Shown: positions 17,751-26,924 of the stretch, one piece after another
How positions within the stretch are numbered: position 1 is the stretch's first letter
How the letters are laid out: each line of letters begins with the position of its first letter
Translations under genes and position numbers: made by a program
Notes under the pieces: model-generated
Told to the model about the DNA's origin: nothing
Database searches by the model: none
Seen by the model: the letters and a program-made list of their open reading frames with translations, nothing else
Source: a virus
Virus record (IMG/VR): IMGVR_UViG_3300028883_000032
Span: 41,347-105,346 of that record
DNA length: 64,000 bases
Direction: 5' to 3' (one strand)

Positions 17751-18353
17751 ATGCTGAAGCACATCATCACTACAAAATGCCCAAGAGGGTGTGAGTATTG
17801 CATTTCAAAAAACTTGCGTGTTTCAAGTGAGTTAAGTGCCCACCAAGCCATCGATTACTGGAAAAAATGGCTTGAGGCGTGTCATTTAGAGAAAGGCAGC
17901 GACATAAACTTAACCGGTGGAGAACCTGGAATGCACCCAGAGTTCGATGATTTTGTGTTTAATGCATGCCAATATTTTGTAAATGTTAATGTGACAACTT
18001 CATTAATATCTCTCATTAACTTTGATTATTCACATACAACAGTATTCTCTCTCCATGGAAGAATACCATCATACGACATGGTGGTTGTGCCCGGCTGCAC
18101 TGTTTATGCCTCCATATTGTCAAACGAATACTATGTTGGTATTGTTGACGATCTCGCAGATCTGGGGTTTAGAGGACTAACAATAAACGAGGACCACAGA
18201 GGTGGGGGTGTTAAAATATCTAATTTAAGTTTACCAAAAAGTCCCGAAGGTTTTAGCATAAAATGCAACTACGAGGGTTACTGTGTTAACGACGACACCC
18301 CGATTATGCTTCCGGATGGTTCAATAATTAAAGGATTTTTACCATACCTATGA
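17751..18353 (+). CDS. radical SAM protein
   Basis: CPRGCEYC (CxxxCxxC) and LTGGEP. Confidence 0.88.
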   Translation: MLKHIITTKCPRGCEYCISKNLRVSSELSAHQAIDYWKKWLEACHLEKGSDINLTGGEPGMHPEFDDFVFNACQYFVNVNVTTSLISLINFDYSHTTVFSLHGRIPSYDMVVVPGCTVYASILSNEYYVGIVDDLADLGFRGLTINEDHRGGGVKISNLSLPKSPEGFSIKCNYEGYCVNDDTPIMLPDGSIIKGFLPYL

Positions 18354-18697
18354 ACACTACAACAAGGCCAAGTGTATCAGAAGAGGTTAAAACATTGGGC
18401 CATAAACTGTTCGACCACCAGTTAACGCGCCGACTAAAAGAAAAGGGACCTCTCGCGTTTGCTGGAAGACATGAATCCTACGGCATACTTGCCGAAGAAT
18501 TTAATAAAGAGCTTTTAGATGCTTTACACAGCAATGACCTATTAGACTTTGTATGGGAATCGTTAGACGTGGCTGTAGGAGCTTTTTGGGCCGCAGTTTC
18601 GGCTATACAAGAATATGAGGATAGCTTAGATGATCATAATAGAGGGAAAACTTGGGAAGACCAATTTAATAAAAAACTTGGCGACGGTAGCTCTTGA
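18350..18697 (+). CDS. MazG-like helical NTP pyrophosphohydrolase-like protein
   Basis: HESYGILAEEF...ESLDVA acidic helix pattern. Confidence 0.5.
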   Translation: MNTTTRPSVSEEVKTLGHKLFDHQLTRRLKEKGPLAFAGRHESYGILAEEFNKELLDALHSNDLLDFVWESLDVAVGAFWAAVSAIQEYEDSLDDHNRGKTWEDQFNKKLGDGSS

Positions 18698-18977
18698 ACA
18701 AGGCAAAAAAGTGTTGTTGGTTGATGCCGTAGACGTTTTACACATTGTTCCCTGTACATTATGCACAAGGCTGGTAAACAAATGTGACGACTCAAAAATA
18801 CGAGCCAGCATAGGTATTGTGAAGGAGCATTTCCACGAGTTTGGGTTAATTGTACTAGCACTAAATCTACCTGTTTCCCGCAAAGAAGAACTAACCAACG
18901 TTTTAAGTAAACACAAAAACGTGGTTGTTACTATACAAAATAATAGTAAAGACACTCTGGAACAATACGAAAGCTAA
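18630..18977 (+). CDS. small P-loop-like protein
   Basis: IEGKLGKT...VLLVDA. Confidence 0.45.
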   Translation: MIIIEGKLGKTNLIKNLATVALEQGKKVLLVDAVDVLHIVPCTLCTRLVNKCDDSKIRASIGIVKEHFHEFGLIVLALNLPVSRKEELTNVLSKHKNVVVTIQNNSKDTLEQYES

Positions 18978-18991
18978 CCAAAATATATGAG

Positions 18992-20116
18992 GTGAAAAGA
19001 TCAACAACAAAGGAATTTAAGGAAAAAGCTAACGTAGTTCACGGAAATAACTATATTTACGATAAAGTTGAATATGTAAATACCTATACTCAAGTAACTA
19101 TCATGTGCCCAGAACATGGAGAGTTTACACAAACCCCCAATTGCCATTTAAGTGGGAGTGGTTGCCCTAAATGTGCCGGTAAATTCATGGATCGAGACTA
19201 TTTTATTGAGAAAGCCAATGTAGTTCATGGAAATAATTATATTTACGATAAAGTTGAATATGTAAATACCGATACTAAAGTAACTATCATATGCCCCGAA
19301 CATGGGGAGTTTACACAAATCCCCCATAACCATTTAAGTGGGAAAGGTTGCCCTAAATGTGCCGGTACATTCATGGATCGAGACTATTTTATTGAGAAAG
19401 CTAATGTAGTTCATGGAAATAAATATATTTATGATAAAGTTGAATATGTAAATACCCATACTAAAGTAACTATCATATGTCCTGAACATGGTGAGTTTGC
19501 ACAAACCCCACGTGATCATTTAAGTGGGAAAGGTTGCCCTAAATGTGCCGGTACATTCATGGATCGAGACTACTTTATTGAGAAAGCTAACGTAGTTCAC
19601 GGAAATAAATATATTTATGATAAAGTTGAATATGTAAATACCCATATTAAAGTAACTATCATATGCCCTGAACATGGAGAGTTTACACAAACCCCTAGTA
19701 ACCATTTAAATGGGAAAGGTTGCCCTAAATGTAATTATTCCCATGGTGAACGCTATTTTTATGAACAACTGGAATTATCTAACATAAAGTATGATCCACA
19801 AAAAACATACGACGACTTAAAGGGTTTAGGAGATGGTTTGTTGTCCTATGATTTTTATTTGCCAGAATATAATACTTTAGTAGAGATAGACGGAGTGCAA
19901 CATTATAATGAAAAGTGTGGGTGGCACCAAAAAGAAGAGGATTGGACTATAAGACAGATACACGATGAGGCTAAAAACGAATACGCCGAAAATAATAGAA
20001 TTGAATTAATACGAATTCCTTATTTGAATGGTGTAAACGACGAGTTTAAAGTGCAGGTTCAACAGACTATTGACCAAATAAAAAATGCCGCCGTAGCTCA
20101 GTTGGTAGAGCGGTAG
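18992..20116 (+). CDS. free-standing homing-endonuclease-like protein (four DUF723-type Zn repeats plus Vsr/PD-(D/E)xK-like nuclease)
   Basis: IICPEHGEF...HL-x-G-x-GCPKC four times; YDFYLPEYNTLVEIDGVQHY, KNEYA and LIRIPY. Confidence 0.85.
   Translation: MKRSTTKEFKEKANVVHGNNYIYDKVEYVNTYTQVTIMCPEHGEFTQTPNCHLSGSGCPKCAGKFMDRDYFIEKANVVHGNNYIYDKVEYVNTDTKVTIICPEHGEFTQIPHNHLSGKGCPKCAGTFMDRDYFIEKANVVHGNKYIYDKVEYVNTHTKVTIICPEHGEFAQTPRDHLSGKGCPKCAGTFMDRDYFIEKANVVHGNKYIYDKVEYVNTHIKVTIICPEHGEFTQTPSNHLNGKGCPKCNYSHGERYFYEQLELSNIKYDPQKTYDDLKGLGDGLLSYDFYLPEYNTLVEIDGVQHYNEKCGWHQKEEDWTIRQIHDEAKNEYAENNRIELIRIPYLNGVNDEFKVQVQQTIDQIKNAAVAQLVER
19023..19731 (+). repeat. four coding tandem repeats of 186 bp (62 aa)
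   Basis: AAAGC-x-AA-x-GTAGTTCA recurs at about 19025, 19211, 19397 and 19583. Confidence 0.95.
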
Positions 20117-20159
20117 ACTGAAAATCTGCGCGTCGGTGGTTCAAGTCCGCCCGGTGGCA
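20087..20159 (+). tRNA. tRNA-Phe(GAA)
   Basis: Cloverleaf, loop CTGAAAA. Confidence 0.95.
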
Positions 20160-20161
20160 CA

Positions 20162-20264
20162 TGGAGATTAAGTGTGGGGGTTCGAATCCCCTTTAATGGG
20201 TGGCTTCCTACATTATTTGGAACTCGTTGCGCAACGTGGGCCGGATCGAAGCCGGTAATCTCCA
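20162..20264 (+). ncRNA. closed-stem RNA with a T arm (tRNA-mimic candidate)
   Basis: TGGAGATTA/TAATCTCCA stem enclosing GGGGG-TTCGAAT-CCCCT and further hairpins. Confidence 0.4.
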
Positions 20265-20310
20265 CCTTAAAAATGGAATATGAAATAAAGACACAACTAA
20301 CCATAAAGTA

Positions 20311-21459
20311 TTGTTGAAAAAATTTACACCGCTTTTTTCAGAAGATTCCAAAGGTAATATTAAACAGTGGACCATTACGGCCATTGACTGTGATGACGGT
20401 ACAGCACAAATTGTAACCGAGCATGGACAGTTGGATGGCAAAATCGTCACAAGAACAAAAAATATTACCGTTGGCAAAAACATTGGTAAATCTAATGAGA
20501 CGAATCCGTACGAACAGGCGATACTCGAAGCTCAAAGTTCGTGGACCAAAAAAAGGGACCAAGAGGATTATTTTGAATCTGTAAAAGAAGCCCAAGGTCA
20601 CGAAAGTAAGCTTCCAATGCTTGCTCAACCTTATGACAAGAGAAAGCATTATATCGTATTTCCAGCATTTGTACAACCAAAGCTAGATGGAGTTCGTTGC
20701 CTTTCTTTTTGCGATAAAAACAACAAAATAAAGTTGTTATCGAGGAAAGTAAAGGACTACACAAGTATTGTTGGACGAAACGAATTCATCATCAATTCTC
20801 TTACTAAATTGATGTCACCGGGAGATGTGTTAGATGGTGAATTGTATGTCCATGGGTGGAGTTTGCAACGCATAAACTCTGCCGTAAAAAAGTATCGAGA
20901 TGATACGCTGTTGCTGCAATATTGGGTATACGACTTTCCCAGTATTGCCGATACTTTCGAAAGTCGGATAAATCGTTTAAAAGAAGTGTTTGGGAATACA
21001 CGGCATCCTCAAATAGTATTGACGGAAACTGAACCAATCGATTCTGAACAAACGATGGTTGAGTACCATAAGCGCTTTGTAAATAGAGGTTTTGAGGGTG
21101 CTATAATTCGCAATTCAAGTGGGTTATACTCTTGGGGAAACAGGAGTAATGATCTGCAAAAGTACAAGCATTTTAAAGACGACGAATTCAAAATTGTAGG
21201 GAGTTATAGTGAACAACAACAAACAAACGGAAAAGAATATACCTGCATCGTATTCATCTGTGAAACCGATGATGGCACAACTTTTCACTGTCGCCCAAAA
21301 GGGACTCTCGAAGATCGCCAGCAAGCTTGGGGAAATCGAGAAAAGTTCATTGGAAAGTATCTCACAGTCCGATACTTCACCCTCACAGATTCAGATCAAG
21401 GAAGCGGAAGAGGCGTTCCCCAGTTCCCTGTCGGAATCACCGTCAGAGATTATGAATGA
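20311..21459 (+). CDS. ATP-dependent DNA ligase
   Basis: PMLA, QPKLDGVR, LDGELY, EGAIIR, LQKYK and C-terminal OB fold (LTVRYF...PQFP). Confidence 0.93.
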   Translation: MLKKFTPLFSEDSKGNIKQWTITAIDCDDGTAQIVTEHGQLDGKIVTRTKNITVGKNIGKSNETNPYEQAILEAQSSWTKKRDQEDYFESVKEAQGHESKLPMLAQPYDKRKHYIVFPAFVQPKLDGVRCLSFCDKNNKIKLLSRKVKDYTSIVGRNEFIINSLTKLMSPGDVLDGELYVHGWSLQRINSAVKKYRDDTLLLQYWVYDFPSIADTFESRINRLKEVFGNTRHPQIVLTETEPIDSEQTMVEYHKRFVNRGFEGAIIRNSSGLYSWGNRSNDLQKYKHFKDDEFKIVGSYSEQQQTNGKEYTCIVFICETDDGTTFHCRPKGTLEDRQQAWGNREKFIGKYLTVRYFTLTDSDQGSGRGVPQFPVGITVRDYE

Positions 21460-21515
21460 CAGTGAACCCGAAATTGGACTAATGCATGGAAGGCCTGTAA
21501 GTGATGATTTGATCG

Positions 21516-21962
21516 TTGCAAAGACCGAACGATATGTTAGTAAACATTGAGCCGCATGACGCGGTAAAAGTGCAGGCTTTTCTTACTCTGGATATTTTGG
21601 GAATCCCCGTAAGTGACACGGGGATTCTCTATCCAGAAGTTTTAGATAAGTGGCCAAACCTAAAAGAAGTATGGGAGGGCCTGTTAAAAAGTCACCGACA
21701 GATAGATCTAACAGGGAAAGTACTGTTAGTAAATGGTTTAAACAATTCTACAAAATTTAAGGTTGCCTTTATATTTACTCATAAAGGCAACAGCCCAAAG
21801 AAAGAGTGGTTAGAAAGCGCCCTAACCAAACTTCTTAAAAGGGCAGAAGAACTTGACATGGACATTCATATGCCTTATATTGAGGAAGCGCTGTGGTTTT
21901 TAAAGGGGTATGAATCTCCAATAAGTTTTGTCATGTACAAACCGGAGAACAAGGATGAGTAA
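21516..21962 (+). CDS. hypothetical protein, weak macro-domain resemblance
   Basis: EWLESALTKL...IHMPYI resembles a macro-domain C-terminus. Confidence 0.4.
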   Translation: MQRPNDMLVNIEPHDAVKVQAFLTLDILGIPVSDTGILYPEVLDKWPNLKEVWEGLLKSHRQIDLTGKVLLVNGLNNSTKFKVAFIFTHKGNSPKKEWLESALTKLLKRAEELDMDIHMPYIEEALWFLKGYESPISFVMYKPENKDE

Positions 21963-22374
21963 TTTCTTACTTATTAAGTACCGTCATGGAATTAATCATG
22001 GCGACGAATCAGTGGAACATGGAGTTGTGGGTATTCCCGCGGGAAGTCACATTTCTGGATCAAAGGCTTTTCAAGAAACAAGCCCACACAATAAGCTGTA
22101 TGGCGCAATTTATGATGTAAACCAAAGAGCCATTGTCAGCTTGTTTACCAGTTTAGGAAACCCATATTTTACCGATGAGAGGGGAACTTTTAGACCCGAT
22201 ACTCGTGTACCTGGTGAAAATTGGGGAAGGCGGATTAATGTAATGATTCATAAAACCAATAGAATCGTACCCCGCAATCAGTTTATAGAGTGGGGAGGAA
22301 CCATTACAAAAGGTTCCGCAAATTACATGACGGAAGTTATGTGGAACAGGCTTCGCGACCACATGACGGCATAA
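21955..22374 (+). CDS. hypothetical protein
   Basis: ATG 21955 after GGAG. Confidence 0.65.
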   Translation: MSNFLLIKYRHGINHGDESVEHGVVGIPAGSHISGSKAFQETSPHNKLYGAIYDVNQRAIVSLFTSLGNPYFTDERGTFRPDTRVPGENWGRRINVMIHKTNRIVPRNQFIEWGGTITKGSANYMTEVMWNRLRDHMTA

Positions 22375-22731
22375 TGCAGGCTTTTTATCGTCACCCTAGC
22401 TTTAACAAGTCTGCGGGGATTATTGATTTCCGCGGACTTGGTAAGCAGCGGGTAGGGCCTTACCAAATTTTAAACATGTTGTAAAATGGGAGAAGTATGG
22501 TTATAGATGTAGAGAGATTAAAAAGAGAGATGGCGGAGGAAGCGAAACAACTTGAAAACTTTACTAGCCATTCTCTAGGCTACCCAGCATTTATTTTAAG
22601 ACAGGCTTTAGAGTACATAACAATACTAGAGACAAAATTACAAAAGGACAGTTAGAGTAACTTGGCCTATTACTGGCCTGTTGATTGGGCCATTCAGGAA
22701 GGTTGGCAGAGTGGTTTATTGCATCGGTCTT

Positions 22732-23398
22732 GAAAAACCACTTGATTTTTATACCGCTGGTTGTTATATTATATAAACAACCAAGAGTATATTATGCACA
22801 CTTGTAAACACTGCAAAAAAGAACTGGCTAACCCAAAACATCAGTACTGTTCTAACCAATGTCAAGCTAATTATTTACGACAACGTAAAGTCGCCGCTTG
22901 GTTACGTGGGGAACATAATGGAATGAGGGGAAAAACTGGTACTGCTAAATGGATTAAATGGTATTTGATTAATAAGTTTGGGGAAAAGTGTAGTAATTGT
23001 GGTTGGTCTGAAATAAACCCATTTACTGGCAACATACCTATTGAACTTAATCATATTGATGGGGATTTTACCAATAATAACGAAGCCAATTTAGAGCTTT
23101 TATGTCCCAACTGCCATTCACTAACTAACAGTTACAAGGGTGCAAACAAGAAAAAAGGCAGGCCTAGATCAAAGTATTACCGAGGTCTGTAAAATCGAGC
23201 AATACTAAAGAAATTTATTATTGCACTAGCCCTCAAATTCAGGGAAACCTCAGCATGTAGAGATGGTGGTAATCCTGAGCTAAACCTATATGTAGGAAAG
23301 TGCAGAGACTTGACGGGGGCGGCCTAAGTTTAACAAATAAGGCAGAGAGAAAGTCCAGACCACAAACTAAACAGGCAGTGAAAACTGTAGATGGTAAG
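22732..23398 (+). mobile_element. group I intron (IC3-like) carrying an HNH gene
   Basis: AAATTCAGGGAA, AATCCTGAGC, GTGCAGAGACT and AAAGTCC core elements; 5' exon ends in U, intron ends in G. Confidence 0.9.
22794..23192 (+). CDS. intron-encoded HNH homing endonuclease
   Basis: CSNCGW...IELNHIDGDFTNNNEANLELLCPNCHS. Confidence 0.92.
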   Translation: MHTCKHCKKELANPKHQYCSNQCQANYLRQRKVAAWLRGEHNGMRGKTGTAKWIKWYLINKFGEKCSNCGWSEINPFTGNIPIELNHIDGDFTNNNEANLELLCPNCHSLTNSYKGANKKKGRPRSKYYRGL

Positions 23399-23484
23399 GA
23401 AAACCGACGAGGCCTAAAAACCTCCCAGGGTTCGAATCCCTGACCTTCCTCCACAAAACGACAAAATAAGAATCGGAGAGACAG

Positions 23485-23781
23485 ATGAAATTAGTAATTG
23501 GAAAAATTATTGACTATTCCGCCAAATTTTCTGATGGCAGCAGCATTAGCGGGCAGGTTATAGTACCCACTAATGATTCCTATCCAACGTATTACGAGAG
23601 AGTACTTGAGATTTTGAGAACCGGTAAATGCGGAGCAAAAATGGATGACATAAACACATTACAAGTGGGTTACAGGAAATATACTGAATTTGCTATACAC
23701 CCAAGTGTGTTTGATACACTGCCTTCTGCTTTACCAAAGACTAGAAAACATAAAGAATGTTCGGCTGATGGCCATGTTTAG
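23485..23781 (+). CDS. hypothetical protein
   Basis: GGAG RBS. Confidence 0.65.
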   Translation: MKLVIGKIIDYSAKFSDGSSISGQVIVPTNDSYPTYYERVLEILRTGKCGAKMDDINTLQVGYRKYTEFAIHPSVFDTLPSALPKTRKHKECSADGHV

Positions 23782-24451
23782 AAAATATGAAAAAACATTT
23801 AGATTGCCATCCGTTTTATTCGAGACTGGAAAGCGCGAATTATCTTCGGCTGATCAGAAAAAACTACTTAATGGAAAAATTACTGTAGAAGAAAAAATTG
23901 ATGGGGCTAATGTCGGAATAATAGGAACAAAGCCTGGAGAAGTATTTCGTACGCAAAAGCGGGGTTCTTTGGTGGGACCATCCGAACATGAGCAATTTAA
24001 CAGATTTAAAGCTTGGACTGTGGGTCACGCAGATGACTTTAATAGTTTGCCAAAAGGAATTATAATTTATGGCGAATTTATGTGGGCGACACACCACATA
24101 TTTTATAATAGCTTACCAGATTGGTTTATATGTTTTGATATCTGGGACAACTGTGAATATGTCTCACGTTTAGAGAAAGAAGAATGGTGCCAACAGTTAA
24201 ATCTACAGTGTGTTCCCTTGATTTATGAAGGACCCGTTGCTTCAATAACCGAGTTGTTAGATTTGTTACCTGGAAAATCCGAATACAGCTCTGACCAAGA
24301 AAAAGAGGGCATAGTTGTAAAAAACTATAAAAAACAAATGCGTGCAAAACTTGTTAGGCCTAATTTCATAAAAGAGGTTAATGAAGATGGCACACATTGG
24401 ATGACTAAATGGGATCCTAGAAAAGTTAATAAACTGCAAATGGGAGAATAA
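23768..24451 (+). CDS. ATP-dependent RNA ligase family protein
   Basis: EEKIDGAN, IYGEF, FDIWD, EGIVVK and RAKLVR nucleotidyltransferase motifs, no OB domain. Confidence 0.88.
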   Translation: MAMFRKYEKTFRLPSVLFETGKRELSSADQKKLLNGKITVEEKIDGANVGIIGTKPGEVFRTQKRGSLVGPSEHEQFNRFKAWTVGHADDFNSLPKGIIIYGEFMWATHHIFYNSLPDWFICFDIWDNCEYVSRLEKEEWCQQLNLQCVPLIYEGPVASITELLDLLPGKSEYSSDQEKEGIVVKNYKKQMRAKLVRPNFIKEVNEDGTHWMTKWDPRKVNKLQMGE

Positions 24452-24858
24452 TGAAAGTATTTTTGGGCGGTACCTGCGCCGGTAGTAAGTGGCGAGAAGA
24501 ATTGATTCCTAAGCTAAAGTTGGACTACTTCAATCCAGTTGTTGATGATTGGGATGAAATGGCATATATGCAAGAATTGTATGAGCGCGAACATTGTGAT
24601 TTCGTGCTATACACAATAACTCCAGAAATGCAAGGGGTCTATTCTATCGCGGAAGTAGTTGACGATTCCAACAAAAGACCACATAAAACAATTCTTTGTA
24701 TTTTGGGATCAAAGGAAGATTTTGACAATTCACACTTTAACTCATTGTATAAAGCTCTAACCAAAGTAGGTTTAATGGTTAGAAAAAATGGCGGTAAGTG
24801 CTTTGATTCTTTAACAAATGTGGCCCTATACTTAAATAGAATGAATAGGCAGCCATAG
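24451..24858 (+). CDS. nucleoside 2-deoxyribosyltransferase-like protein
   Basis: VFLGGTC...WRE...YFNP...YSIAE. Confidence 0.8.
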   Translation: MKVFLGGTCAGSKWREELIPKLKLDYFNPVVDDWDEMAYMQELYEREHCDFVLYTITPEMQGVYSIAEVVDDSNKRPHKTILCILGSKEDFDNSHFNSLYKALTKVGLMVRKNGGKCFDSLTNVALYLNRMNRQP

Positions 24859-24872
24859 GGGTATAAGTAAGA

Positions 24873-25082
24873 ATGGTAAAATACAGGTTATGCCATCTGC
24901 AAAAAGGTCATGTGCATACAGTAAGTTACATCCCACAACCTTATGCAGTAGTTGGTAAAATATTATCTTTAAAGAAAGATCCCGGTTGGGAAGTGATGTC
25001 TGCAGGGAACCTTGTTAACCACGATGAAGTAATGGTCCAAAGAGATCTTTATCGGCATCACAGAGACATAACGGATGTTTAG
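24873..25082 (+). CDS. hypothetical protein
   Basis: 69-aa ORF. Confidence 0.55.
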   Translation: MVKYRLCHLQKGHVHTVSYIPQPYAVVGKILSLKKDPGWEVMSAGNLVNHDEVMVQRDLYRHHRDITDV

Positions 25083-25157
25083 GCTGGCGTAGCTAAGTTG
25101 GTTAAGGCGTCGGTCTGCAAAACCGTTCAATCGTGGGTTCGAATCCCACCGCTAGCT
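25083..25157 (+). tRNA. tRNA-Cys(GCA)
   Basis: GCTGGCG/CGCTAGC acceptor, loop CTGCAAA, U73. Confidence 0.93.
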
Positions 25158-25178
25158 CTTTTAACAGGATAATAAAAA

Positions 25179-25463
25179 ATGGAACTTTTACATTTATCTG
25201 ATGGTAAAACACTTGTTGTAAAACAAGTATTAAAACATGGTCCTCCTGAAGGATTTGAGTATAATTTAGACTACCTAACACGTTCCGGCTACGAAGTTAT
25301 TAAAATGCCTAATGGAATTGAAGTGATTGGAGAAATGGTAATAGATGCAAAATTTAAGGAACTTGATAATAGGAGATATTCACGGACGTTACGACTTAAT
25401 GATGGACGTACTAAAACGTTGCCACTACGACCCTACGAAGGACCGTCTGATATGTCTTGGTGA
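25179..25463 (+). CDS. hypothetical protein
   Basis: AGGA RBS; overlaps the phosphatase gene. Confidence 0.55.
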   Translation: MELLHLSDGKTLVVKQVLKHGPPEGFEYNLDYLTRSGYEVIKMPNGIEVIGEMVIDAKFKELDNRRYSRTLRLNDGRTKTLPLRPYEGPSDMSW

Positions 25464-26106
25464 CTTTGTAGATGGCTCCGAGAGAGTGAAAGATTGTTTA
25501 GAGTATCTATCGGAACAACCGAACATAGAACCAATATTTGGTAATCATGATAAATGGTTCTTGGATTGGGTTCAAACGGGAGAAGACCCTGACCCGTGGT
25601 GGTTATATAACGGAGGTCCTGTAACTCTCAAAAGCTATAATTACTATGCAGGTAATGCAAGATCAGAACAAGCGAAATATGAGTGCGCAATGCTTAGGTA
25701 TTGTCCAGACTCCCGAATACCTAGAAAACATGTTGAATTTATTCGAAATGCCCGTTTATACTATGAAACAGATAATTGGGTTGCTATGCATGGAGGGTTT
25801 AGGCCCGAAGTGGGGTTCAAGAAAGAGAATCCTGAAAACATAATGTGGGACCGTGATCTATTTTATCAGCATTGGCAAAAATTGCCAAAAGATCACAAAT
25901 TAGTAATCGTAGGCCATACGCCCACGATGGCTGTTACTGGAATTCCAGAACCTATATTTAGATATAAGACATTTGGCAAAGACAAAAAGCTTATGTTAAT
26001 AAATATAGACACTGGTGGAAAAATTGGGAGTGCTTTGTGTGTACTTAATCCAGACACACTAGAATGGTGGACTAGTAAAAAAGAGACAAATCCGAAAAAC
26101 TGGTAA
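25345..26106 (+). CDS. metallophosphoesterase (Ser/Thr protein phosphatase-like)
   Basis: GDIHG, LGDFVD, GNHD, HGG, VGHTP and IDTG. Confidence 0.93.
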   Translation: MQNLRNLIIGDIHGRYDLMMDVLKRCHYDPTKDRLICLGDFVDGSERVKDCLEYLSEQPNIEPIFGNHDKWFLDWVQTGEDPDPWWLYNGGPVTLKSYNYYAGNARSEQAKYECAMLRYCPDSRIPRKHVEFIRNARLYYETDNWVAMHGGFRPEVGFKKENPENIMWDRDLFYQHWQKLPKDHKLVIVGHTPTMAVTGIPEPIFRYKTFGKDKKLMLINIDTGGKIGSALCVLNPDTLEWWTSKKETNPKNW

Positions 26107-26118
26107 CCATAATTAGTA

Positions 26119-26922
26119 ATGGTCAATCGCTATTATACAGACATTAATGCTTATGATTTGCTTGATCCCAAGCATGAAAGGATACTAGCAACTCGTGCAT
26201 TACTTGGTGACGACGCTGCAAGAGATGAACTAATAACATCAAATTTAAGATTTGTTGTATCTGTAGCTAAACAATATGTTAACCAAGGAATACCGCTGGA
26301 AGACCTAATTTCCGAAGGAAATTTGGGGCTTATAACTGCGGTAGAAAAATATGACCCGACTAAGAATTATAAGTTTATTACTTATGCTTCTTACTGGATT
26401 AGACAAAGTATAATGAAAGCGATAGCGGAGCAGAACCGCACAATTCGTATTCCTACGAATAAAGTGGCCCAGCTCTCAAAAGTTCGACAAGCCGAAGATC
26501 AGTTAGAGATGCAACTTGAACGTAAGCCAACTTTGGAAGAAGTTCAAGAGCACTTAGGAGATGATTTCGACGTAGCCTCTGTGGTTGAATACCAAGACAG
26601 GCCATTGGGCCTTAATGGATCAACTAATGAAGAACAAGATCTCATCGAAATGATACCAGACCCCAATTCTGAAAATCCGGATGAGTCCCTTCGTGAAACC
26701 ATGTTTAATGAAGAACTTGGCGAAATAATGAGGGATTGTACAGAAAGAGAAAAAGATATACTCTATCTGTACTACGGTTTAGGCACGGGTGATAAAATGA
26801 CATTGGAACAAATTGGATACCTACACGGCATTTGTCGCGAGCGTGTTCGACAGATAAAGGCTAAAACAATTGATTTCATAAAGTCACACCCAAATTTAGA
26901 TACACTAAAGGAGTTTCTATAA
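26119..26922 (+). CDS. RNA polymerase sigma-70 family factor
   Basis: SNLRFVVSVAKQY, DLISEGNLGL, FITYASYWIRQ, RTIRIP and TLEQIG...RERVRQI. Confidence 0.95.
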   Translation: MVNRYYTDINAYDLLDPKHERILATRALLGDDAARDELITSNLRFVVSVAKQYVNQGIPLEDLISEGNLGLITAVEKYDPTKNYKFITYASYWIRQSIMKAIAEQNRTIRIPTNKVAQLSKVRQAEDQLEMQLERKPTLEEVQEHLGDDFDVASVVEYQDRPLGLNGSTNEEQDLIEMIPDPNSENPDESLRETMFNEELGEIMRDCTEREKDILYLYYGLGTGDKMTLEQIGYLHGICRERVRQIKAKTIDFIKSHPNLDTLKEFL

Positions 26923-26924
26923 CA

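Larger units (their letters stand above)
22697..23453 (+). tRNA. tRNA-Ser(TGA) split by a group I intron (exons 22697-22731 and 23399-23453)
   Basis: Joined exons give GGAAGGT/ACCTTCC acceptor, TCGGT-CTTGAAA-ACCGA arm, long variable arm and CCA. Confidence 0.92.

Noticed and set aside
19148..19705. Three similar 61-aa - strand ORFs
   Set aside because: Antisense shadows of the coding repeats
19023..19731. Regular repeats as a possible CRISPR array or DGR template/variable repeat
   Set aside because: Units are 186 bp, in frame and contiguous with no spacers; no cas or reverse transcriptase gene is visible
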